From: an uncultured virus (IMG/VR IMGVR_UViG_3300014836_000525)
Taxonomy: Duplodnaviria > Heunggongvirae > Uroviricota > Caudoviricetes > Crassvirales
Virus record (IMG/VR): IMGVR_UViG_3300014836_000525
Length of the DNA: 64,000 bases
Strand: one strand, 5' to 3'
In this document: piece by piece, positions 16,541 to 27,200 of the stretch
How the letters are laid out: the number at the start of each line of letters is the position of its first letter
How positions within the stretch are numbered: the first letter of the stretch is position 1
The notes under the pieces: generated by a model
Database searches by the model: none
Told to the model about the DNA's origin: nothing
What the model saw: the letters and a program-made list of their open reading frames with translations, nothing else
Made by a program: the position numbers and the translations under genes

Positions 16541-19500
16541 TTATTTACCAGATCCGGCACCAAGCTGGAACCATTTAGCTGCTTCTTCTGGAGACGATGA
16601 CTTTTCTACACCAGAGATATATGGAAGTATCTTAAATGTTTTAGCTACAAACTTACTATCTCCTTTATCATGTATTCCAGATTTGTTTTCATAGTATAAG
16701 CCATCTTCATCTCCAGTTATTAAGTACGGAATCTCTTCTGTAGTAATATGGTTAATTAAATTAGCAATAGCTGTTACAGTTCTAATACTAGCCATTGGGG
16801 ACTCTACCATTTTGATAAATTCCATTGGCTGTAAGAACTGAATTAATTCAGCTTTTAATCTAAGTGCTTGATACAAAGTAAACTGCTCTGCATATGATTC
16901 TTCATCATCATCATCTCCGGCTAAGCTCATTGCAATCAAGCTAGCAGCTACAAAGAAAAATGCCTGCACTCCAAATCGTTTAATATTCTGTTTTTCCATA
17001 GGAGTCATCAGAGAATAAGCTCCTACTATATTACCATTTTTCATGTAGGCATCTTTAAACAAACGAGCTACCGAATGCATGATACCTTCACTAAGTACTC
17101 CCATCTCCATATCTCTATGCAGTCCTCCAGATAGACCTTGATGGCCCCAGTACCTACGTAATGAAGGCATAAAGTATCGTCTAAATAGCATGATTAATTT
17201 ACCGTACCATCTTCTTTGAAGCACAGCATCGTCAAACTTATTTTTAACCTGGTTTGTTTTCTTAGTTAATCCTGATATTCTTTGAGTTACTTGTCTACGT
17301 AATAGATCAGCATTAGCTACCTTAGGGTCAATCTCAAATCTTCCAGTCTTTTCATTCTTTACAAATAAATCCCATAGATGAGCTGGCTTACCTTCTTCAT
17401 TTAGAATTACATTACCATCCTTATCCTTTAGTTTACCTTGAGTAGCATGCAACAGTGCTAACATTCTAGTTACGGCCGTCTCATTCTCCACAAGCTTTTG
17501 AGCTCCCATTGGAATCTCTTTAAGCATCTTCAAAACTCGAGGCCCAGACTGTTTTCTATTAGCAATTCCTAATACGTCTTGTAATCCATCAAAATACTCA
17601 ATAGCTTGAGTAATTTTACTCACTGGAACCAATTTACCTAAATCTCTAGTCTGACTAAGTCCTCCTAGTTTTAAGTCAAATTCTTTTTTAGCCCAGAGTA
17701 AATCTTTAGCTGTCATAAACTGACCGGCAGCAGCTTCTTCAATTAGTCTTACATTATCTAGTAGTAACTGGTTAGTAACTTGAAGCATGTTAAATGCTAA
17801 GTTATTCATTGCAGTATAAGAAGCTATCTTACTTGCTAACTTAGTAGAAGATAGCTCTCTTCCAAATATATCAAAGTTCTTTTTGATATCTTCCTCTCCG
17901 TAGAATATAGTATCTATAAATTCACTTAAGTGTTTGAAGTTGTTTGATACTCCTTCTTTTTTTACAAATCTAGTTTTACTCAACATCTTTGACATTGAAT
18001 GTACTATTGGATTACCATTAGCAGCTACCTCTACTATATCTCTAGTCTGTATAGCATCTCTCATCATAGTAACAGCTCCATGTAGTTCAGATTTTACCTT
18101 GAACATATTGGCCATACCTGCAAACTGTATTATACTACTTGCTATGTCTCTACTTACTAATGATTCATCTGTTGGAGAAGTAAAGAAGATTGGAACTACT
18201 TTACCAATAGATTCTCTATTAGCATTAACTAAATCTCCGTAATTGATATCAGTAGATAGATACCCAATCTTTTCTTTAGCCTCAAGTTTAATAGTAGAGA
18301 TTGCTCCATTTCTTTGCACCTTTTCTAAAGCATCAGATAAGATTGTAGGAACTGCATAACTGAAGTTCTCCCAAGAGTTTTTAACTTGGTTAGTTTTACC
18401 TAATAGTTTCTGCTTTGCTTTATACACATTAAGTAGTGTATTGTAATATTCAAAAGCTGCAGGATTACTTTTTAAAGCCTCATACTTAGGATTAGCATAT
18501 ATCTTTGGATTGGGCTGAACAGCTCCGTTTTTAAATTGCTTTGTTACCGGGTCATAGATAAGACTTATACTAGCATTAACTGCTAGCTTCTCATCTTCGT
18601 AGTAAGCTTGTAGATCTGTGTTATTATTTTTAATTGCCTCAGCTAATTTCTCTGAAATATTTGCTTTTTTATCAAGCAGTTTTTTTAAGTTCTCTTTAGC
18701 ATCTGGACTTTCGATTGAGTTTTCCTTATACCATTCAGCAACCTTTTTATAATATTCTCTAGCTGCACTAGTTTTTGACCAGGCAGTTGCATCATCTGTT
18801 CCTCTATCAGGTTTAGTAAACTCCTTACCAAGAGCTTCATACATAGCTCTCTCAGCCTTCTTAAACTTTGTAACATCCAATGGTTGTACCATTGATAAGA
18901 TTCTCATAGTCTCTTTCTTACCAGTAGTACGATTGTACTCATAGTACTCATGTATTTCTAGAACGTCTTCATTGAAAGAGTTTACGTTTATAGCACTTCC
19001 TTTAGTCTCTGAGAATTTTCGTAAAGCTTCTCCTACTTCTACAATTGTTTCTTGAGTTACATCGTTAGCTTCATAGAACTTATTCTTAAGCATTATAGAG
19101 AATAACTGCAAAGAAACTTGAGAAGAATGTACTAGTGGATCCAGTAAATAACTAAAAGCAGACTTATCTTTTTGAGCCTCGGTTAACTCTTTAATAAGAG
19201 TCTCTCGGCCTATCTTCATATTTTGCAGCTGCTTAATATTTAGTTCTATCTTGGCTTCTTCAAACTCTTTTTTAACTTTTTCAAACTCTTCTTTTGTTAT
19301 TCTATTTTCTTTATATTCCTTAGACAACTCTTGAAATTGCTTAGCTAACTCTAGATATTCTTCATCTTTTTTAAGTGCTATAAGTCTATTGTTAGTTTTG
19401 ATATTATCAATGATTACATTGATTTCATCTTCCATGTCAGTAGCATTGTAGTTTAGATATAAATCTGCCAACATTGGAATACCTGCTCGTTGATACTTAT

Positions 19501-21226
19501 TAGCAATTATGCTCATCTTTTTAGTAGTAATAGCAATTCTTTGTTCAAAATTATTTAGCTTTTGAAAAATTGGATTGTTCTCTAAATCTTTTTCTGAAAC
19601 ATTTGCTGAGACTAAACCAAGCTTTTCATCTACTAATAATGACATTTTCCCCATCAAACTTTTATTAGGCTTAGTAAAGTCTGACTCTCCGTAGAACTCT
19701 TTAATACTTTGAGCTACTGTGTGGAGTTTATTTAAAAGTTCTAGTCTTTTATCTTCAGGTAAATCTTCAGAATATTCTCTGAGAACATTATTTATTGTGA
19801 TATCAGCCTTAGTAGCCAGTCCAACAGCATAGTCTATAAATTCAGATAGTTGCTCAATTTGCTTGATACCATCTAAGCTATTTCTCATGACATTAAGCTT
19901 AGCTAATTCAGCTTCATTACCAGCAATTGGATTACGTTCTAGTGCTGCAATCTTATTAGTAAGAGATATCTTTACTTCATCTTTAAGTTCTTCAAACTTT
20001 TTACGAAGGTCCTCAGTTCTAGCTTTACTTTTAGCCTCAAAGTATACTAACGGTTTCTGGTATATCTCAGATTTAAACTGCCCACTAAGAAGAGTATTAG
20101 TTAACTTCTCTACTGCAGATTCAGTTGTATTAAACCTTCTACTTAAAGCTCTGATTATCCTGTTGATTATCTTCTGAAAAAAGTTAGGGTTCTTTCTATT
20201 TATCTTGGCACCGGATAATCCAATAGCTGTTACAACAACTTCCTTATCCAGGTCCTCAGGACTTAGCTCAGGGTACTGTTCCTGTACAGTTTTGTAAAGA
20301 TTTGTATCTTTTAACTCAGCAATTGCAGCTTTTACAGCAGGATGATTAACTCCTAATAGTTCTACTAGTATGTGGCCAAACTCGTGAATATGAGTATCGG
20401 CCGTCATAAGAGTAGGATTAAGAATAATCCTTACTGGCTTGCCTACTTCGGCAACTACTTTTCCTTTTTCTGGAAGTTCTGTATCATATTCAAATGTAAC
20501 TTCTACTCCAGCATTTAAGAAAGCAGATTGAAAGAATGCTACTTGTGTAGCAATATCTTTAGGAGTTGTTGACTCTACATCAATGCCAACTTCTTTACTA
20601 GCATTAACATAGTAGCCAGTTACTTTGTTACTTAAAGTACTAACTACTTGACTTTTAACTACATATTGTATAAAATCACTCTCCTTTCTAACAGCATCTA
20701 TAGCTCCCGGGTTAAATTTAACCGTAGGCATTCTTAGATTAGGAGATCTTCTGAAGATATTAAAGGCCTCTATTGTAAAGTCTTCAATGTCATTTACATT
20801 TGAAAACTGAAGTTCATCTCTACGTTCAAGACTTTGAAGAGCTTCATTATCAATAGATGCATAATACTTATATCCTGGAGTTTGTTTATTTAGAAACGTA
20901 ACTTCTGACATACCTGCTGGTAAAACCTCTAGTTTGGTATTAGTTGTAACAGCTCTGATTACTAGTGGAGGTCTAATAGCACCATAACTTGCCATCAAAA
21001 TACCATTTAGTTCTCCTAGTATTTCCATAGGTCTAGTAGTTCTGTAAGTATTTATTTCTCCAGAGGAAGTTACTAATCCTGCAGTTTGTAATGGCTCTAG
21101 TAGTTTCCTATATTCAATTACCCCACCAAAAGATGTTTGATCATCTAAGTAATTTAAAACCTTATTTAATACTGGATCAATCGACACTGACCCATCATTG
21201 TTTATATTTCTAATTGTACAGCTCAT
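16541..21226 (-). CDS. giant virion (ejected) protein with a zincin-like HExxH domain
   Basis: 1561 aa; HEFGH at 20372-20386 with a downstream Glu (DKEVV); near-C-terminal hydrophobic helix; adjacent to the RNAP gene as in crAss-like phages. Confidence 0.7.
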   Translation of the reverse strand: MSCTIRNINNDGSVSIDPVLNKVLNYLDDQTSFGGVIEYRKLLEPLQTAGLVTSSGEINTYRTTRPMEILGELNGILMASYGAIRPPLVIRAVTTNTKLEVLPAGMSEVTFLNKQTPGYKYYASIDNEALQSLERRDELQFSNVNDIEDFTIEAFNIFRRSPNLRMPTVKFNPGAIDAVRKESDFIQYVVKSQVVSTLSNKVTGYYVNASKEVGIDVESTTPKDIATQVAFFQSAFLNAGVEVTFEYDTELPEKGKVVAEVGKPVRIILNPTLMTADTHIHEFGHILVELLGVNHPAVKAAIAELKDTNLYKTVQEQYPELSPEDLDKEVVVTAIGLSGAKINRKNPNFFQKIINRIIRALSRRFNTTESAVEKLTNTLLSGQFKSEIYQKPLVYFEAKSKARTEDLRKKFEELKDEVKISLTNKIAALERNPIAGNEAELAKLNVMRNSLDGIKQIEQLSEFIDYAVGLATKADITINNVLREYSEDLPEDKRLELLNKLHTVAQSIKEFYGESDFTKPNKSLMGKMSLLVDEKLGLVSANVSEKDLENNPIFQKLNNFEQRIAITTKKMSIIANKYQRAGIPMLADLYLNYNATDMEDEINVIIDNIKTNNRLIALKKDEEYLELAKQFQELSKEYKENRITKEEFEKVKKEFEEAKIELNIKQLQNMKIGRETLIKELTEAQKDKSAFSYLLDPLVHSSQVSLQLFSIMLKNKFYEANDVTQETIVEVGEALRKFSETKGSAINVNSFNEDVLEIHEYYEYNRTTGKKETMRILSMVQPLDVTKFKKAERAMYEALGKEFTKPDRGTDDATAWSKTSAAREYYKKVAEWYKENSIESPDAKENLKKLLDKKANISEKLAEAIKNNNTDLQAYYEDEKLAVNASISLIYDPVTKQFKNGAVQPNPKIYANPKYEALKSNPAAFEYYNTLLNVYKAKQKLLGKTNQVKNSWENFSYAVPTILSDALEKVQRNGAISTIKLEAKEKIGYLSTDINYGDLVNANRESIGKVVPIFFTSPTDESLVSRDIASSIIQFAGMANMFKVKSELHGAVTMMRDAIQTRDIVEVAANGNPIVHSMSKMLSKTRFVKKEGVSNNFKHLSEFIDTIFYGEEDIKKNFDIFGRELSSTKLASKIASYTAMNNLAFNMLQVTNQLLLDNVRLIEEAAAGQFMTAKDLLWAKKEFDLKLGGLSQTRDLGKLVPVSKITQAIEYFDGLQDVLGIANRKQSGPRVLKMLKEIPMGAQKLVENETAVTRMLALLHATQGKLKDKDGNVILNEEGKPAHLWDLFVKNEKTGRFEIDPKVANADLLRRQVTQRISGLTKKTNQVKNKFDDAVLQRRWYGKLIMLFRRYFMPSLRRYWGHQGLSGGLHRDMEMGVLSEGIMHSVARLFKDAYMKNGNIVGAYSLMTPMEKQNIKRFGVQAFFFVAASLIAMSLAGDDDDEESYAEQFTLYQALRLKAELIQFLQPMEFIKMVESPMASIRTVTAIANLINHITTEEIPYLITGDEDGLYYENKSGIHDKGDSKFVAKTFKILPYISGVEKSSSPEEAAKWFQLGAGSGK

Positions 21227-21271
21227 CGTAATTTTTCTTTATGAATGTAAAAATACACCATTCTTTAGATA

Positions 21272-24200
21272 TTATATACAAGTATTAATCGTATTGTCAG
21301 TATAAGGCTTAACTTCTGTATAGTCATCTATCAATGACATCGATGCTACATCTAGTATAAGAGTATCCTCAACAGTACGTGAAGGAATACTATACACTGT
21401 CCGTTCAGCAAAGAACGAAGGTAGTATCATAAACCTAGTCATAAGTCCTTTATCTGTTTCTACTTTCTGATTTGTAGCCATTCCTACATACAATTTGTTC
21501 TCATCCCCTTTTATTGCAACAAACTTATTATCAGACTTAAGTAGTACTGCTTTAGAAGTAGCTGTAACATTCTTATTTGAAATTCTCTTCAGTAATGGAC
21601 GGCCTCCAGCTTTTGCTAATCCAAATAGTTGCATGTACATTGTAACTTTTTCACTGTCAAAGTATGCAGGAGATAATAACTCAGACCTCTTAGCATATAG
21701 GAAGTTACTAATACTTGTAGATACAACTTCTTCTTTAAGAGTCTCACTGTTAATTACCTTATGTCTTAAAGGCATTGTCCAAAACTCTTGAGGAATTAAC
21801 TCTGCATAGCTAGAAGCTCCTGGTCTAAATCCAGAAGTCAGAATAGTATTCATAACTAAATCCATAGCAAGCTCTTTCATTCCCATTACCATAGTACTTA
21901 CTTCTGGTATAAGGAATTTACCATCTGGTCCAATGGTCTTATCAGCATCAGGTCTATCAATGTACACCTGAGGATTAAACATCAGAGTTCTTAAGGCAGT
22001 TGTAAATGCTTCTTTATCATTCTTAGTATACTTGAATGAATTGTCAAACTTAATACCTGAATAAGAAGTTCCAGTAATATCTGCTTCCAAAGCAGCTATA
22101 AACTTATTAGTTTCTAGTTTTGGATATAACTTTTTAAAGAGTTCTAGTCTTGTAGCAATATTAGTCTCAGGATTTATAAATGCTCTATTTACATTATCAG
22201 CAGTAAAGAATTTGTATAATGGAGAGTCTGGCTCCATCAGCAACATCAGTGTCAAGTTGCTGTCAATTAGTTGGTGAGTCTGTGATGTAAGAGATACTTG
22301 GCCAGATAACTCTTTTACATTTGCTTTAAATGTAAGATATGCTGGACTTAATTTTAATGGGAACATAACCGAAGCTACATCTAGTGCAGCTCCTAAGATA
22401 CTTTCATATCCTCTTTCAAATCCATAAACAGAATTTTTACCAATAAATTGATCAGCCACATTCTCGTATCCATTAGGAGTTAAGAATACATTTCTTTTAG
22501 CATTTTCATCTTCCTCCTGACCACTTTCAAAGGCATTTGAAGAATCTTTAAATTCTAAGATATTTCCAATCTTACCAACACTTGCTATGTTGTCTGGTGT
22601 TACCCTTTTACCAAGTTTGGAAAGGCTTTTACCAGCAGTATAGAAAGCTTTAAAGTTTGCTAGCATAATCATTTGTTCATGCCAGTTTCTTCCTTCAGAT
22701 TTAATGTTCTCTAACTCAGTAGATAGCATTGGAATAACTGTATCTCCTTTTAAACTTAGGTTATACTTAGTATCCAATCCTCTCACAGTTTTAGAATCGA
22801 TTAATGTTAGAGCAGTACTAGGACTATCTTTAGATGCTTTGTTAGCTTGAACACGTGCCCACTGGAGAGACTTATCAAAAGCATCTTGTATAAATCTACC
22901 ATCATTCCCATACTCATTAGCCATTACTTCAGTAAAGTATCTTACGATAGGCTGGTTAAATAAGTTGGTGGCAGTTCGACCATTGTACTCCGGAATAAAG
23001 TTAGCAAACAATATTCTTACAGGTGCTGTAATAACATTGTCGTTAAGTTCGTATTGAACAGCTCCCTTAGCAGCATCTAGAGATTCTCCTAATAATGTAG
23101 CAAGAGTTTTATCTGTGAATATTCCGTCGGCTGTGGTAGTTAAAAATTTATTGTAGACAGTAGGAGCTTGTCCAGGATTCATAATAGCTGGAGCAAAACT
23201 ATTACTTAGTATTATTTCTCCATGATGTAGTACGTTTCTGTGTGCAATACCATTTGCATAGATACCACGGAGTTGGTTACCGGCTTGGTTTCTAAGCATA
23301 ATCTCAGACTCTGTTAAAACATCATTCCAATCTTGAGTCATTGCTAACTCAGGCTTTTGACTTCTAACATATTGTACTTCTTGCTTTAAAGTAACATCAT
23401 CTAGTGGAGAGAATGTTTCGAAGAAGTGAGCAGCATTAGTGCCTACTGCTTCAAATGTATCCCATACAATATTGTTCAAAGCTTTTTTAGTAAACACAGT
23501 CTTATCAGTCAAAGCAGCAGCTTTATTCTTGTTACCTATCAACTTTGAATAGTCTGGTCTAACTTTTCTAATACTAAATGGATACTCTGCAGTAGGAGTA
23601 GTTGGTTCTACTTCTGGGAAAAGAAGATTCAATTTATCGACGTCAAAGTCAGATCCCATCATCTTAAGAAGTTGGCCAGGGACTACTACAGCTTTTGGAT
23701 AGTTCATAGGTAAGAACCTAACTATCTTAGCCATAAGCACGGCACTCTTCTCACCATTAGGAGTTCTATATCCGACAGCTCTTAGTAGTTCTTCTGGAAT
23801 TGAATCTAGAGGTTGCCCAGGTTCTACCCCAAATCTACGAGCTACGTCTTCTCTAATCATTATCTCAGCATGCACTATTTTAGATCTACCCTTACCATCT
23901 TCTTCAATTCTAAGGAACTTAAGTTCATTATCTATTGCATGGCCTCCAAGGTCAGCAACCTGTACTGCCTCTAGTCCACTCATCTTTTGTACAAATACCT
24001 CTTTCTGAAGTATTGACATTATTATAGATTCGTACTTAGCTCCATAAACTGGAAGGTCTAGTGGTATATTAAATCTAGGCATACCAGACTCATCAAATAC
24101 AATATGTAAAGCATTGATATAATTAGAGTGCATGTCACTACCGATCATATCAGTTTGAACTAGATCTCTAACAGTCTTTAATACATCTAATCTAGCTTGT

Positions 24201-27200
24201 ACAATATCCTTTGTAACTCCAGATTTCTCTGCAGCTAATAGTTGAGGAATCTTTAACTTTGTTTCTACTGCTTTAATATCTCTTCTAATCTTTTCTTCTA
24301 ATGTAACATGGAAAATCTCTTTAAGATCTTTACCAGATACATCAGTCTCTTCAGATAATCCTGAGTTATATGAGTAAGTAGTAGTATCCTTTACGTTAGC
24401 AACCATGTTCTTTTTAATCTGCTTGCTAACTGTGATAGTTGGATTTTCTTTTACTTCAGGAATAGTCTGAGATTTACGTAATCCTCGAGAGTCGTTAGTA
24501 GTAAATACTGCATTACTAAACTCTCCAGGTACTCCAGTTATCTTGTAGATACTTCGTTTAGCTAATTTCTTACCAGATACGAAGTTAACTACATGTATTG
24601 GAGTTAAATTTTTATACACTCCTGTACCCTCCATTCTATTTCTCATATCATCTAGAACAGGGTAGTCCTTAGTAAACTCTTCCAATGATACAGAGTAAGA
24701 GTTCTTTTCTGATATAGGAGCTACAGTTCCACCTATACTAGTGATACGTTCATAGTACGTCTTGATTGGGTATACGGGCACACGGTCACCAGCGTTAAAT
24801 CCTGTTGGAACAAAACCTTCTTGATATGCAAATATCTTCTGACCTGCCGGTGCAGCTTTATAAGCTTTGTAAGCTTTTTCTTCTTCTTCTCCCCACTTAC
24901 CTTCTCCTTCCATTAACCCTCTATACATCTCAATGCTAATAAAAGCTTGGGCATCTGTAGAATCAAATGAACCAGCTTGGTAAGCTTGCTCAATAGAGTC
25001 TGCTAACTTTAAGTTATTAGCTCTAGCTATTGGGTCAGTTTCTTTATTAGCAACTTTTCTTAATGAATCTCCAACAGCTTTTGCTGCTGCATTCACTCTA
25101 TCTGTTTGAGCTTTATTTATATTGAGTTTTAAGTCGGCTACTGTAACTTCATTGTACTCAGGAAGCATTCCGTACTCTAATGACTTTCTCCAATTTGGAG
25201 CTCCAACTTCACCTTTCATTGCATATTTAGCACCAGGAGAAGTCAAATGTCCCATACGTTTGTAAAAGTCTACAAGATCTTTAGACATAGCTCGATTACC
25301 ACGAAACACTTTAACCATTTCGTTTCTCATAATAGCTTCAGTAAATACAAAGCCTTCGATAACCTTTCTCTTTTCTGCCTTATCCTTAGTGTTAAAACCA
25401 ATTCTATTATCTTGTAGTTGAACTAGTTTCTCTACTTTATCTGCTTGTGCTGAGAAGTATGTAAGCAACTTAGCAGCCATTGTATTTAATCTTTCTGTAA
25501 CTAAAGCAGTTTCTTCTTTACCTAGTTTTCCAGTTACGTACTTTTCAATTAAATCACTGAGTTGTTTGGTACCATTATCTTGAAGTTTATCATCCCCTAT
25601 TACTTCATCAGTAACAATCTGAACTCCATTATCATCCTTAGCTGTAAATTGGAAAAATGCCGGGTTAAATGCTTTACCTAAATAGGTATTATTAGCATCT
25701 TTAAATATACCACCCTGCTCGTGATATCCTACTATTATGTCGGTTCTATCGTTAGTCTCTTCTGCTTTGGCAATATCCTTCTTAGCTTTTGCAACTCTTA
25801 AAAGATCTTGTACAATTTGTCCTTTAATTATTTTCTCTTTTGATAATACCTCACCAGATAACTTACTAGTTAATCTTGGAAGAATTAAGAAAGAGTATTT
25901 ATTACGATCGGACTGTACTGATACTGCAATTCTAACTGTATCTGTAGCTTTACCTCCGTTGATAAATCCATTTAATCTTACTACTAACGAGTCTAGCATT
26001 GTAAGATCCTCGTAGTTAGAAATGTCATCAAAGAAATCAGATTCTCTATAAGCATCGAAATCTTCTACAGTAAACTTATCTCTGAAGTTAGGGTCTTCTT
26101 GTAGGAATCTAAACAAAATTGACTGATAATCTTTATTCCCCAATGCCCCAATAAATGGGTCCTCAAGGTACATCTCATATGTTTTATCAGCTTCTTTAGT
26201 TAATCCTTTATTCTTAAGAATAGTAACAATCTCATTCATGTGAGACTGAACGTTTGTTGCAAATCTTTGTGTACCATCTGAGGCAACAAAGCTTTCTCCA
26301 ACGATATTAATCATCGGAGTATAGTACTCAGAGAATCTGTAGATATCTCTTTTACTATCAGTAACAAAGTCAGAGGTAATATTGTAGTCTACAATCTCTC
26401 CAACACTACTGTAATCATTAGTCTTAAGGTCTCCAGTAGATTTGAAGTTAGCTAACTTAAGTGCAAAGAATCTAAGGTCCTTTGCAATCTTTTGTGCTAG
26501 AGCAACATCACTGTAAGTAATAGCTGCACCTTTCTCTGTGATAGTATTAAAGCCAGCATTAAGCAAAGCTTGCATAGCTTGCTGAGTACTTTCAACAGAA
26601 GCAGATGTATCCACTGTAAGATTAAGTGCAAATGCTAATTCTCCTAAAAGTTTAGCAATATCTGATGTAGATCCGTCTTCTCTTTTAACAGTTGGGATAC
26701 GTCTAATATCTCGTACATTTAATAGTCTAGACTCTAAATCTTTAACTAGTCTCTGTACTTCTAATACCTTATCCTCTTTTACTACTAGTCTAGTTACTGT
26801 AACATTATCAGCAGTTGTGATATCCACTTCGTTGTATAAAGCTTTTGGATTAGCATCACCTTTAGTTACAGTGTTCTTCTTCCATCTATCAACTAACTTC
26901 TCAGAAGCTGACTTTCTATTTGGATTAAAGATATCTACAACGATATCCTTATTAGGAGTAATCCTCTTCTTCATGATTAAGAACTCTGTAGTAGTCAAAG
27001 CAAATGCATTAAATAACATTGCTTTTTCCGGAGCCTTTAATTTTTGCATAAACTCTAGTACAGGCTTAAGATATGGTTTGAATGGAATAGCATTTTTAAG
27101 AGCTGCTTCCATTTCAGAGTAAGAATGCTTATTGTTGAATATCTGCAACAACTGCATATAAATATCTTCACGGTTGTAAAAGGTCGTAAACCCTAACAAG

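Noticed and set aside
19482..19499. KYQRAG in the 1561-aa protein matching the KYQxAG tag
   Set aside because: Isolated, within a helical region and lacking the preceding GG/basic spacer; may be coincidental
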